A stretch of 64,000 bases of DNA from an uncultured delta proteobacterium. GTDB taxonomy: Bacteria; Myxococcota_A; Polyangia; Polyangiales; B10-G4. Below, piece by piece: positions 33,373 through 42,777 of this stretch. The stretch spans positions 128,001 through 192,000 of the forward strand of contig CAVSGI010000014.1 in NCBI GenBank assembly GCA_963727445.1, in the 5' to 3' direction. Within the stretch, counting starts at the first letter, position 1. Every line of letters starts with the position of its first letter. Made by a program: the position numbers and the translations under genes. The notes beneath the pieces were generated by a model. The model had not been told where the DNA came from. It did no database searches and saw only the letters and a program-made list of their open reading frames with translations.

Positions 33373-35103
33373 TCACTCCTCTTCGTCGATCTCCACGCCT
33401 TCGAGCGGCTCGAGGGTCACCGAGACGCTGGCGTGCCGGCCTTCGGCCTCGCCGGTCCAGTCGCTCGGCCCGACCATGACTCGCTGGGGCACGTGATCCT
33501 CCGCCCACACCAGAAGCTCCACCGGTTGATCGGTGCGCTGGTTCTGCACGGCCACGCCGGGGGCGAAACCGATGAGCATGTACACCTTCGCTTCACGGGG
33601 CGCGGTCACCACGCGAATGGTGCCGAGCTCCCCCGTGGGCGCACCCATGTTGTCGCGCGGCAGGGTGGTCTCGCCGAGCACCAGGTCTTCGAAGGCCACG
33701 TCCTCGGAGCTGCCCTGGACCGGTAGCTCGTAGAGCGCGCCGTCATCGCCCGTCTCCCAGGTGCCGTCGGCTGGTACGACCGCGCGCGTCGGGCCCTTGC
33801 CCTCCGGGATCACCAGGAACTCGCGCGCGACACCCATGGGCTGCTGCTCCACGAGGGCGGGTCCCCGTCCGACGTAGAGAAAGACCTGCGCGCCCTCCGG
33901 CACGACATCGACCTGGAGATCTCCGAAGCGGGCCGAGTGCTCTTCGAGGAGGCGCGCTTGCTCGTCGAGGCGCGCCTCCTCCTGCCGCTCGTGCTCGAGC
34001 TGCTCAGGCGTCGCGTTGCCGAGGAATCGATCCACCGCGTCCGGGCGGAGGATGGCGACCCCAGCCAACAGGCCTCCCGAGAGCACCAAGAAGAGCAGCG
34101 CCCACCAGATCCCCTTGCCCTTCTTGGCGAGGGTGACCTCCTCGATGCCCGACAGGTCCAGCTCACTGCTGCGGCCGCGGGGCTCGAAGCGCGGTGCCTC
34201 CGGCTCTGGGCTCGGCGCACGCGGCGGCGGCACGGAGGAAACCTTCTGACGCGCGAGCGCGTCCGTCTCGGCGTCGAGCTCGTCGAGCAGGTCGTCCTTC
34301 ACCGGCGAAGGCACCGGCCCGTCCTTCACGAGCGTGGCCTGCTCCTCGAACTCGTAGTCCTCCTCCTCTGCGGCGGGCGGAGCCGTGATGACCGCGGAGG
34401 CGGGCAGCCCTCGGTCGAGGGTCTCGGCGAGGGAGTCGTCGCGACGTGGCTTCGGCGGCGCGTTGTTCCAGATCTGATCGCCGCGGGCACGGGAATCACC
34501 GACGGACTGCTGCGCGGGTGCGTGACCCCGCGCCGTCTGGACCCGCGGCCTCATCTCCTTCGGAGGCGCGGGGGCGCTCAGAACCTCGTCGGCCCCGAGC
34601 AGTCCGTCGAGCGCCGCGTCCACGTCGTCTTCCTGTGGCGGTGGCGGCAGGCTCGACTTGCGCACCTCGCCGTCGCGCTGCGCTTCGCGAAGCATGCGGC
34701 TGAGCACGCGCCGAGCCGCTTGGCGATTGAGCGGCACGAGCGAGGCCTCGAGCTCGTCGCGGAGCCGCGCCAGATCCCAACGGCCGTCCGCGGGCCCGCG
34801 CTCGACGAGCTCGATGAGCACCGGCGGCACGCCAGGTCCGGCGGCGACGAGCAGATGCGCCAGCACCTGAACCACGCTCTTGGCGGCGTCCTCGTTGCTC
34901 GCGCTGTTCGGGGGCGCGAAGACCGAGACCGCGCCGTCGTCTCCGATGCGAACGTCACGCACGCCGATGCGCGCGGGCCCCTGGAGCATCGCCTCGCACG
35001 CCTCGAGCGCGACGAAAGCGCCGATCTCGAAGGGGACGCGCGCCTTCTTGCCGCGCAGCACGGCAACCAGCTCCTCCACCGTCAGGCCGAGCAGATCAGC
35101 CAA
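33373..35103 (-). CDS. Hypothetical bitopic protein with degenerate kinase-like N-terminus and PEGA-like C-terminus
   Basis: Overlaps the hisF stop; Pro/acidic linker, one TM, then [10 protein letters not shown] and [10 protein letters not shown] beta-repeats. Confidence 0.65.
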   Translation of the reverse strand: MADLLGLTVEELVAVLRGKKARVPFEIGAFVALEACEAMLQGPARIGVRDVRIGDDGAVSVFAPPNSASNEDAAKSVVQVLAHLLVAAGPGVPPVLIELVERGPADGRWDLARLRDELEASLVPLNRQAARRVLSRMLREAQRDGEVRKSSLPPPPQEDDVDAALDGLLGADEVLSAPAPPKEMRPRVQTARGHAPAQQSVGDSRARGDQIWNNAPPKPRRDDSLAETLDRGLPASAVITAPPAAEEEDYEFEEQATLVKDGPVPSPVKDDLLDELDAETDALARQKVSSVPPPRAPSPEPEAPRFEPRGRSSELDLSGIEEVTLAKKGKGIWWALLFLVLSGGLLAGVAILRPDAVDRFLGNATPEQLEHERQEEARLDEQARLLEEHSARFGDLQVDVVPEGAQVFLYVGRGPALVEQQPMGVAREFLVIPEGKGPTRAVVPADGTWETGDDGALYELPVQGSSEDVAFEDLVLGETTLPRDNMGAPTGELGTIRVVTAPREAKVYMLIGFAPGVAVQNQRTDQPVELLVWAEDHVPQRVMVGPSDWTGEAEGRHASVSVTLEPLEGVEIDEEE

Positions 35104-35893
35104 GGTTCGCCTCCACCGGCCGGACGACGACCCCGTGCGCCGCGAGGTAGGACTTCGCCTCGGCGATGGTGTGCTCGCCGTCGTGGAAGATCGACGCGGC
35201 GAGCGCCGCGTCCGCGCGGCCTTCGATCAAACCCTCACGCAGATGCTCGAGGGTCCCGACGCCGCCGGAGGCGATCACCGGGATGGACACGGCGTCCGCC
35301 ACCGCCCGGGTGAGCGCGAGGTCGTAGCCATCGCGGGTGCCGTCGCGATCCATGCTGGTCAGCAATATCTCACCTGCCCCCAATTTGGCCACCGTTTGAC
35401 ACCATGAGAGGGCATCGAGGCCGGTCCCCTTGCGGCCGCCATGCGTGAAGACCTCGAAGAATGGCGCATCTTCGGCGCCTTTCGGCGCCGCAGCGCGTCG
35501 AGCGTCCACCGCCACCACCAGGACCTGGCGCCCCCAGACCGAGGCGATCTCGCCCACCAGATCCGGATTCGCCACCGCCGCCGAGTTCACGGCGATCTTG
35601 TCGGCGCCGGCGTGGAGGAGGTCACGCACGTCGTCCCTCGAACGGACGCCGCCGCCGACGGTCAGCGGCACACCGACGCGCGCCGCCGTGCGCTCGACCA
35701 GGTCGAGTAGGATGGGTCGCTCCTCGTGACTCGCGCCGATATCGAGGAAGGTGATCTCGTCGGCGCCGCCCGCGGTGTATCGCGTGGCGCACTCGACGGG
35801 GTCGCCGGCGTCCCTGAGCCCGACGAAGTTCACGCCCTTCACCACGCGCCCTTCCGCGACGTCGAGGCAGGGAATGATGCGCTTGGCGAGCAT
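35096..35893 (-). CDS. hisF: Imidazole glycerol phosphate synthase cyclase subunit
   Basis: [45 protein letters not shown]. Confidence 0.97.
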   Translation of the reverse strand: MLAKRIIPCLDVAEGRVVKGVNFVGLRDAGDPVECATRYTAGGADEITFLDIGASHEERPILLDLVERTAARVGVPLTVGGGVRSRDDVRDLLHAGADKIAVNSAAVANPDLVGEIASVWGRQVLVVAVDARRAAAPKGAEDAPFFEVFTHGGRKGTGLDALSWCQTVAKLGAGEILLTSMDRDGTRDGYDLALTRAVADAVSIPVIASGGVGTLEHLREGLIEGRADAALAASIFHDGEHTIAEAKSYLAAHGVVVRPVEANLG

Positions 35894-36621
35894 CACCCCA
35901 CCCCGGCGAGCGCCGAGAGCGCTTCTGCGAGGGTGAAGGCGCCCGCGTAGAGCGCGCGCCCACAGACCGCCGCGCTCACACCGGCGCGCGAAAGCGCTTC
36001 GAGGTGCGCGAGACTTCCGATGCCGCCCGAGGCGATCACCGTCGCGCCGACGGCGCGCGACATCGACGCCGTGCCCTCGACGTCCGGTCCCTCGCGCGTG
36101 CCGTCGCGATCGATGTTCGTGTAGAGGAAGCCCCACGGCCCCGGTTCCCAGCCGTCGATCTCGGTCGCCAGCGCCATCGCCGGTCGCCCCGTGCCCTCGA
36201 GCCAGCCCTCTACCGCGACCTCTCCGTCTCGCGCATCGATCGCCACCACTACGGCGCTCGGCGCGCCCGCGCACATCGCGCGCACCCACGCGGGGGACTT
36301 CACCGCCGCCGTGCCGACGACGACGCGCGAGGCGCCAGCACCGAGCCAGCGCTCCGCCGTCTCAGCCGCGCGGATGCCCCCGCCGACCTGCACCCGGAGT
36401 CCGGTCGCGCCGAGGATCGCCTCGACCGCAGCCACGTTCACGGGCGCGCCGTCCCGCGCACCGTCGAGATCGACGACGTGCAGCCAGCGCGCGCCCTCGT
36501 CCGCGAAGCGCCGCGCCATCTCCGCCGGATCGTCCGCGTAGACCGTCACCTCGTCGTAGCGGCCCTTGTGCAGACGCACGACCTTTCCATCGAGAAGATC
36601 GATCGCAGGGATCAGCTCCAT
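35893..36621 (-). CDS. hisA: ProFAR isomerase
   Basis: [38 protein letters not shown]. Confidence 0.95.
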   Translation of the reverse strand: MELIPAIDLLDGKVVRLHKGRYDEVTVYADDPAEMARRFADEGARWLHVVDLDGARDGAPVNVAAVEAILGATGLRVQVGGGIRAAETAERWLGAGASRVVVGTAAVKSPAWVRAMCAGAPSAVVVAIDARDGEVAVEGWLEGTGRPAMALATEIDGWEPGPWGFLYTNIDRDGTREGPDVEGTASMSRAVGATVIASGGIGSLAHLEALSRAGVSAAVCGRALYAGAFTLAEALSALAGVG

Positions 36622-37241
36622 CACCCCACCTCCAAAAAGCGCCGCAGAAAAGCCTCTCCGGCGGCCTGGCTCTTCTCGGGGTGGAACTGGCAGGCGAGAA
36701 CGTTGTCCCGCGCGACCGCTGCGCAGATGGGCCGGCCGTAGTCGGCCTCTCCGGTGATGATCGACCGGTCGCTCGGCACGCAGGCGAAGCCGTGGACGAA
36801 ATAGAACCACGACTCATCGGGGAAGCCGCGGCCGCGCACGCGATTCCAACCCATGTGCGGCACCTTGAGGCGGCCGCCGTCCCGCGGGTCGACCAGGTCC
36901 TCCTCGAGCGCCACCACCGGACCCTCGAAGTGCGCGAGCCCGCGCCGCCCGGGCGCCTCTTCGCTCTCTTCGAAGAGCGCCTGCATGCCGAGGCAGATCC
37001 CCAGATAGGGCGTGCCGCGGCCGAGCGCCTCGGTCAGCGCGTCGCCGTGGCCCTCGTCGAGCGCGTCGGCGAAATCGCCGAAGCCGCCCTGCCCCGGCAC
37101 CACCAGGCGCTCGGCGCGGGCGACCTCGTCGGGGTCGCGCGAGATGCGGGGCTCGGCGCCGACCGCTGACAGTGCGCGCCTCACACTGCCGAGGTTCCCG
37201 AGGCCGAGGTCGACGATGACCACGGAGGGGCTGTGGATCAT
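36621..37241 (-). CDS. hisH: Imidazole glycerol phosphate synthase glutaminase subunit
   Basis: GNLGSV, PGQG, GICLGMQ, KVPHMGWN, FYFVH, QFHPEKS. Confidence 0.95.
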   Translation of the reverse strand: MIHSPSVVIVDLGLGNLGSVRRALSAVGAEPRISRDPDEVARAERLVVPGQGGFGDFADALDEGHGDALTEALGRGTPYLGICLGMQALFEESEEAPGRRGLAHFEGPVVALEEDLVDPRDGGRLKVPHMGWNRVRGRGFPDESWFYFVHGFACVPSDRSIITGEADYGRPICAAVARDNVLACQFHPEKSQAAGEAFLRRFLEVG

Positions 37242-37245
37242 CGCC

Positions 37246-37842
37246 TCAGCCGCCTCCCAACGTCCCCTTGGTCGAGGGGATGCCCGCGACGCGGGGGTCG
37301 TGCTCGATGGCGACGCGCAGGGCGCGAGCGAAAGCCTTGAAGCAGATCTCGATGATGTGGTGAAGGTTCTCACCGCTGATCAGGTGGAAGTGGAGGTTCA
37401 CCTTGGCGGAGCGCGCGAAGGCCTCGAAGAAGACCTCGGCCAGCTCGGTGTCGAAGTCGCCCACGCGCGCTTTGGGGATGGGCACATCCCAGACGAAATG
37501 GGGACGCCCGGATAGATCGAGGGCGCAGGTCACACACGCTTCGTCCATCGGCAGTGTCGCCGAGCCATAGCGACGGATCTGCACCTTGTCACCGAGCGCC
37601 TCGTCCACTGCCCAGCCGAGCGCGACGCCCAGGTCCTCGGTGGTGTGATGACCGTCGATGTGCGTGTCGCCCTGCGCGTCGACCTCGATGTCGAGCAGAC
37701 CGTGACGCGCGATCTGTTCGATCATGTGGGTCAGAAAACCGATGGGCGTCTTCACCTGGCTCTGGCCCGCCCCGTCGAGGGTGAGAGCGACGTGGATGCG
37801 GGTCTCGCCGGTCTGGCGCTCGACCTCGGAGTGACGTGTCAT
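37246..37842 (-). CDS. hisB: Imidazoleglycerol-phosphate dehydratase
   Basis: RQTGET, DGHHTTED, PMDEA, NLHHIIE..FKAF, PSTKG. Confidence 0.96.
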   Translation of the reverse strand: MTRHSEVERQTGETRIHVALTLDGAGQSQVKTPIGFLTHMIEQIARHGLLDIEVDAQGDTHIDGHHTTEDLGVALGWAVDEALGDKVQIRRYGSATLPMDEACVTCALDLSGRPHFVWDVPIPKARVGDFDTELAEVFFEAFARSAKVNLHFHLISGENLHHIIEICFKAFARALRVAIEHDPRVAGIPSTKGTLGGG

Positions 37843-37865
37843 GGGGCGAGAGGGTACCCCAAAAG

Positions 37866-38381
37866 CTAGCGTTTCTTCGCGTCCCTGAGCGCCTTCTCCA
37901 CCGCGGCCAGGCGCGCCATGATCAGCTCGTTGTCGGGCTCGTGGCTCTGCGCGATCCGCAAATTCAGGCGCGCGGTCTGCCAGTCCTTCTTCTTCATCGC
38001 CTGCATCGCCTTCTGGAAGAAGGGGCGCGCCTTGGTGGAGCGCACCGAGAGGATCCCCGAACCCCGGCTCCCCGGCGTCTTCGAGCGCCGGAGATCGTCC
38101 GCGTCGGGATCGTAGCGGAGCTTGCCCTGCGCCAGCTGGCCGTCGTAGCGGCGGCGGGTCTCGGGATCGAGGAGCACCCGATAGGCCTCGGCGCCCCGCC
38201 GGAAGATGTGTGCGGCGCGGCTCACCTTGGGATCCGGTCCGCCGACGTGGCGGTCGGGATGGAACTTGAGCGCGAAGGTGTGCCACGCCTCGCGGATCTG
38301 ATCGGCCGTCGCGTCCTGCTCGATCTGGAGCAACGTGTAGTAGTCGAGGAGATCGAGCCGGTCCTGCTCCCCCGAAGCCAC
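37866..38381 (-). CDS. J-domain (DnaJ-like) co-chaperone with C-terminal TPR-like helices
   Basis: DYYTLL...FALKFHPD...AYRVLLDPETRRRYD. Confidence 0.9.
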   Translation of the reverse strand: MASGEQDRLDLLDYYTLLQIEQDATADQIREAWHTFALKFHPDRHVGGPDPKVSRAAHIFRRGAEAYRVLLDPETRRRYDGQLAQGKLRYDPDADDLRRSKTPGSRGSGILSVRSTKARPFFQKAMQAMKKKDWQTARLNLRIAQSHEPDNELIMARLAAVEKALRDAKKR

Positions 38382-38382
38382 G

Positions 38383-40416
38383 TCACCCCTCGCGCGACAG
38401 CATCTGTGCCTGGCGATCGACCATCGCCTGCACCTCGTCCTCGGCCATGCCGCCGACCAGCTTGATGCGAACGCTCTGTTCGCGGCCGGTCTCGAGATCC
38501 TTGGCGCGAACGCCGAGCGTTCCGTCGGCGCTGATCTCGAAGGTGACGCCGATCTGCACCTTGCCCCGCGGCGCAGCGCGAAGGCCCGCGAGCTCGATCT
38601 CACCGAGGCCCTGGTTGTCGTCGAGGCGGCGCGACTCGCCCTGAAAGATGCGGACGCGGACGATGCGCTGATTGTCCTGCGCGGTGGAGAAGATGCGCGT
38701 CTGCTCGACCGGGATGGCCGCGTTGCGCTTGATCACCGACTCGCAAAAGCCGCCCACGGTCTCGATGCCCAGGCTGTGAGGCGTGACGTCGAGGAGCAGC
38801 GGCATCGACGGCTCGGGCGGCGCGCTCACCACCGCGGCCGACAGATCGGGCATCGGCAGATCGGGCGGCTCGAGGCTTTCGAGCTCGAGCTCCGGCTCGA
38901 TCTCGGGCTCCACCGGGCGGTCGGGCGCGAAAGCAGGGCCGGCGGGGAGCGGGCCCACGCGAGAGGAGCCGAAGGAGGGCAGCGGTGGAGGCGGCGGCGC
39001 GTGCGCGAAAGCCGGCCCCTCGAGGGTCGTGGCGCCGGGGCTCTTCGCTCGCTGTGGAACCGGCGGGGGGCCGCCGGGCGAGGCCGGTTGCGACTGATAG
39101 CGCTGGGTCTTGTCCGGCTCGAGGTTCACCGCGGTGTCGCCGTCGAGATCGTACTCGGGGTGAACCGAGGCGGTGCGCGGCGGCGGGGTCTCGGAGGGGC
39201 GCTTGAGCTGATCCCGGGTGACCTTCCTGAGGCGGACCCGACCGAGGGCGGCGCGCTCCGCGGGAGCGGTCAGGGCCCGACCCTGAATCGCGGCGCCCTG
39301 CGCCACCACCAGGTCCGGATCGATGTCCTTCATCGGCTCGCGGCCGAAGTACTCGGCGACCATCCGCTGGACGAGGGGCATCCGGGTCGAGCCGCCCACG
39401 AGGATCACGTTGTCGAGCTGGGTCGGCCGGATTCCCGCGACGCGCATCGCGTCCTCGCAGACGTCGAAAGAGCGCGCGATGAGCGGCTGCGCCATCCGCT
39501 CGAGCACCTGGCGCGAGAGCGCGAAGGTCAGGTCGAGGCTGGCGCCTCCGGCACCGTAGGCGAGCTCCTCGATGCGCAGCTGCACCTCGGGCTGCTCGGA
39601 GAGCTGGCACTTCGCCCACTCGGCGGCGGCGCGGAGGCGCTCGTAGGCCTGGGGATCGTCGCGCGGGTCGTAGCGATGATGCTCGAGGAAAGCGTCCGCC
39701 ATCTGCTCGGCGATCAGGACGTCGATGTCGTCACCGCCGAGATAGGTGTCGCCGGCGGTCGCCATCACTTCGAAGACCTCGCCCGACAGCTCGAGCAGGG
39801 TCATGTCGAAGGTGCCGCCGCCGAGATCGAAGACCGCGACGCGCTCGCGCGAGCCGCGACCGTAGCCGTAGGCGAGCGCGGCGGCGGTGGGCTCGTTGAG
39901 GATGCGCAGGACGTCCAGGCCCGCGACGCGGCCGGCGGCCTTCGTCGCCGAGCGCTGGAGCTCGTTGAAATTGGCGGGGACCGTGACCACCGCCCGGGTG
40001 CAGGGCTCGGCCACGTTGTACTCGGCCACGCTGCGCACCTGGCGCAGCACGAAGGCGCTGATCTCGCTCAGGGTGTAGGTCTCACCGCGCGCCCCCACCA
40101 GCACGCCGCCGGTGGGTCCGGCGCTCAGCTCGAAAGGGAAACGCTCCTGGGCGGTGCGCACCTCCGGGCTCCGAAAGGGGCGCCCGATGAGCCGCTTGAC
40201 CGAATAGATCGTGTTCCTGGCGTCGAGGAGGCGCCGGTCGCGCGCCGCGCGCCCGACGAGGATGTCGCCCGAGGGATGGAAGCTGACCACCGACGGGATC
40301 AGCTGATAGCCGTCGGGATCGGCCAGAACGCGCGCGCGACGGCCGTCGGCGACGGCGACGACGGAGTTGGTCGTTCCGAGATCGATACCGAGGACGGGGG
40401 CAACCACGGGGGCCAA
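38383..40416 (-). CDS. Hsp70-family protein (non-canonical DnaK paralog)
   Basis: [56 protein letters not shown]; Pro-rich insertion; no lid. Confidence 0.93.
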   Translation of the reverse strand: MAPVVAPVLGIDLGTTNSVVAVADGRRARVLADPDGYQLIPSVVSFHPSGDILVGRAARDRRLLDARNTIYSVKRLIGRPFRSPEVRTAQERFPFELSAGPTGGVLVGARGETYTLSEISAFVLRQVRSVAEYNVAEPCTRAVVTVPANFNELQRSATKAAGRVAGLDVLRILNEPTAAALAYGYGRGSRERVAVFDLGGGTFDMTLLELSGEVFEVMATAGDTYLGGDDIDVLIAEQMADAFLEHHRYDPRDDPQAYERLRAAAEWAKCQLSEQPEVQLRIEELAYGAGGASLDLTFALSRQVLERMAQPLIARSFDVCEDAMRVAGIRPTQLDNVILVGGSTRMPLVQRMVAEYFGREPMKDIDPDLVVAQGAAIQGRALTAPAERAALGRVRLRKVTRDQLKRPSETPPPRTASVHPEYDLDGDTAVNLEPDKTQRYQSQPASPGGPPPVPQRAKSPGATTLEGPAFAHAPPPPPLPSFGSSRVGPLPAGPAFAPDRPVEPEIEPELELESLEPPDLPMPDLSAAVVSAPPEPSMPLLLDVTPHSLGIETVGGFCESVIKRNAAIPVEQTRIFSTAQDNQRIVRVRIFQGESRRLDDNQGLGEIELAGLRAAPRGKVQIGVTFEISADGTLGVRAKDLETGREQSVRIKLVGGMAEDEVQAMVDRQAQMLSREG

Positions 40417-40544
40417 GGGTACCCCCTGGACGGGGGCCCGTCAGCTTGCTTGTCACGTGTCCATCACGGGGCTGGCGCACGGCGATTTGGGCGTCATGAT
40501 GAAGACGAGTGGCATCGGATCGTCAGGCGGTTTCAGACGACAGA

Positions 40545-41405
40545 ATGCGCCGGCCGAAGCTGGCGCCCGCCACACACCACGAGCAGCGCGATGCGCTCGT
40601 CTACGGCCTCAGGCTCCGCTACATCGACGTCCGCCCCACCAGACTCGAAGAGGATCTGCCGCTGCTCCTGATCCACGGGCACAGCTCGCGCCTCGAGGAG
40701 TACGACGCGCTCCTGCCCCATCTCACGCGTCGCCGCCGGGTGCTGGTGCCGGACCTGCCGGGCAGCGGCTACTCCGACAAGCCCGACTGCCGCTACGACC
40801 TGCGGCTCTTCGAAGACGCGCTCCTCGGGTTTTTGGACGAGCGGGGCATCGACAAGTGTCACCTCGCCGGGGGCAGCCTCGGCGGCAACCTGGTGCTCAG
40901 GCTCGGCCATCGCGAGCCCGAGCGCTTCAAGCACCTGGCGGCATGGGCCCCGGCCGGGGCGTGGGATCGGATGCCCTTCACCTCGGCGATCATGCGCGGC
41001 GTGCGCCACCTGCGTTTCCTCTTCTGGCCGATGCTGCGCATGCAGTCGCGCTTCTGGTACTCGAAGCGCTGGGCGGGCCGACACGAGGCGCTGACGAACG
41101 CGTGGAAGTACTACGGCGAGGTCTACGGACGCGGCTTTCATCGCATGTACTGGGACATCGCCCTCGATCAGATCGAGAACACGCTCTTCGACCACGCGCA
41201 CGAGATCGACCACCCCACCTATCTCGCCTACGGCGACGAGGACCACGGCCTGAGCCTCGACGAGGGCACTCAGCGCCTGGCCAAGATGATGAAGCGCGCG
41301 AAGCTCCGCTGCTTCCGCGGCGCCCGTCACTCGCTGGCGAACGAGATCCCCGAAGCGCTCGGCAGTGACGTGGACGCGTTCCTGGCGGATCCGAGCGCGA
41401 GCTAA
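40545..41405 (+). CDS. Alpha/beta-hydrolase
   Basis: LLLIHG, DLPGSGYSD, GGSLGG elbow, GDED, ARHS. Confidence 0.88.
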   Translation: MRRPKLAPATHHEQRDALVYGLRLRYIDVRPTRLEEDLPLLLIHGHSSRLEEYDALLPHLTRRRRVLVPDLPGSGYSDKPDCRYDLRLFEDALLGFLDERGIDKCHLAGGSLGGNLVLRLGHREPERFKHLAAWAPAGAWDRMPFTSAIMRGVRHLRFLFWPMLRMQSRFWYSKRWAGRHEALTNAWKYYGEVYGRGFHRMYWDIALDQIENTLFDHAHEIDHPTYLAYGDEDHGLSLDEGTQRLAKMMKRAKLRCFRGARHSLANEIPEALGSDVDAFLADPSAS

Positions 41406-41775
41406 AGGGTGTCGCGCGCGCGGCTCGCTGCGCGCGTCGCGTCCGCCGTGCGCGGGATACTCGTTTCGCTGCGCTCACTCAGTTTGAGATGGGGGGGTGG
41501 CGTGCGCGCGTTTCGCTGCGCTCACGCGCTTGCGGGGTCGCTGGGCAGGGGGCCGGAGAGGTTTAATTGTAGTCGGGGCTCCGCCCCAACACCCCGGGGG
41601 GGACAAGCCCCCCGTCGCCTCGCGCTTCGCGCTCGGCTCTCACGGCTGCCCGCCCGGTGTGGAACAGATGGGCTCGCCGTACTCATTGGCAATGAGCTGA
41701 TGGTCTGCGGGCAGCGTTCGCCCCCCCCTCGGCGCCTGCGGCGCCGAGTCGCGGCCTGGCGGCCGCTCCGCTACC

Positions 41776-42116
41776 GGGGCCAACGGGCGGGGCCAACGGG
41801 GACGGTCTACACTTTTAAACTTTCGTTCCGCCCCCTCGAGGACGGCCAACGGGGACGGTCTACACTTTTAAACTTTCGTTCCGCCCCCTCGGGTTCCATC
41901 GCGCATGCGCGCGGCCCAGCGAAAGTTGAAAAGTGTAGACCGTCCCCATCAAGCGCTCGTAACCCTGACGACCCGGGCGGGGCCAACGGGGACGGTCTAC
42001 ACTTTTAAACTTTCGTTCCGCCCCCTCGGGTTCCATCGCGCATGCGCGCGGCCCAGCGAAAGTTGAAAAGTGTAGACCGTCCCCATCAAGCGCTCGTAAC
42101 CCTGACGACCCGGGCG
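41776..42116. repeat. Cluster of a 97-bp inverted-repeat element (REPIN/MITE-like), locus 1
   Basis: 28-mer GGGGACGGTCTACACTTTT(A/C)AACTTTCG forward at 41798, 41851 and 41988; inverted at 41920-41947 and 42057-42084; 137-bp tandem duplication. Confidence 0.92.
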
Positions 42117-42243
42117 CCGTCAGGCGCCCGCGACCGCCTACCGCCTCGACAAGACCCCCACCATCAACTGCACGAGCGCAGCGAAGCGCGCTCGCCGCCG
42201 CCCGCCTCCGCCTCGCCAAGACCCGCGTCACCACCCCAACACG

Positions 42244-42768
42244 TCAGAGCCCCCCCACCTCCTCCGCGATCCACCGCTCCACCATGCGTGGGAAGGGCCA
42301 CATCCATCCATACGCCGGCCCTACGAACTGCTTCACGATGTGCGCGTGCAGGGTCGGGTCGCGGGCGGCGTCCTCTCCTTTGAGCTCGGCGGTGGCACGG
42401 AGGGTCTCGGCGTAGGCCTCCCACTCGAGACGCGCCCGACCCCACGCGAGTCCGAGCGGCAGGATGGGCAAGAGATACATCGCGCTCATCCCCACGAGGG
42501 TGTAGCGGCGGAACTGGCGCAGGTGCACCGCCTCGTGCCGCAGCGTCACCACCTTGTCGATCTCGTCCCGCCCCGCCCAGCTCGTCGGCAGGTAGATGCG
42601 CTGGCCGATGGTCGTGACGTAACGCGTGGTGTACGCGCTCTGGCCGCCGAAGGTCAGGACGTAGAGGACTCGGTCGATCAACCGCGAAAGCGGGTCGTCG
42701 GCTTTGTCGATGATGCGCAGCCTGGGGAACTCGCGCCGGAGCTCGTCGAGATAGTCGGCGCTCGTCAC
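42244..42768 (-). CDS. Hypothetical protein with HExxH zincin-like motif
   Basis: YVTTIGQRIY...TLRHEAVHLRQ...LEWEAY; 9 bp downstream of gyrA. Confidence 0.75.
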   Translation of the reverse strand: MTSADYLDELRREFPRLRIIDKADDPLSRLIDRVLYVLTFGGQSAYTTRYVTTIGQRIYLPTSWAGRDEIDKVVTLRHEAVHLRQFRRYTLVGMSAMYLLPILPLGLAWGRARLEWEAYAETLRATAELKGEDAARDPTLHAHIVKQFVGPAYGWMWPFPRMVERWIAEEVGGL

Positions 42769-42777
42769 CAGATCAGT

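Noticed and set aside
41776..42116. CRISPR array (28-bp repeats with about 40-bp spacers); also 59836-60090
   Set aside because: Repeats alternate in orientation, spacers are copies of each other rather than unique, and there are no cas genes.
41409..42234. ORFs 41409-42008 and 41860-42234
   Set aside because: They run through the repeat cluster, have no recognisable motifs and show atypical codon usage.
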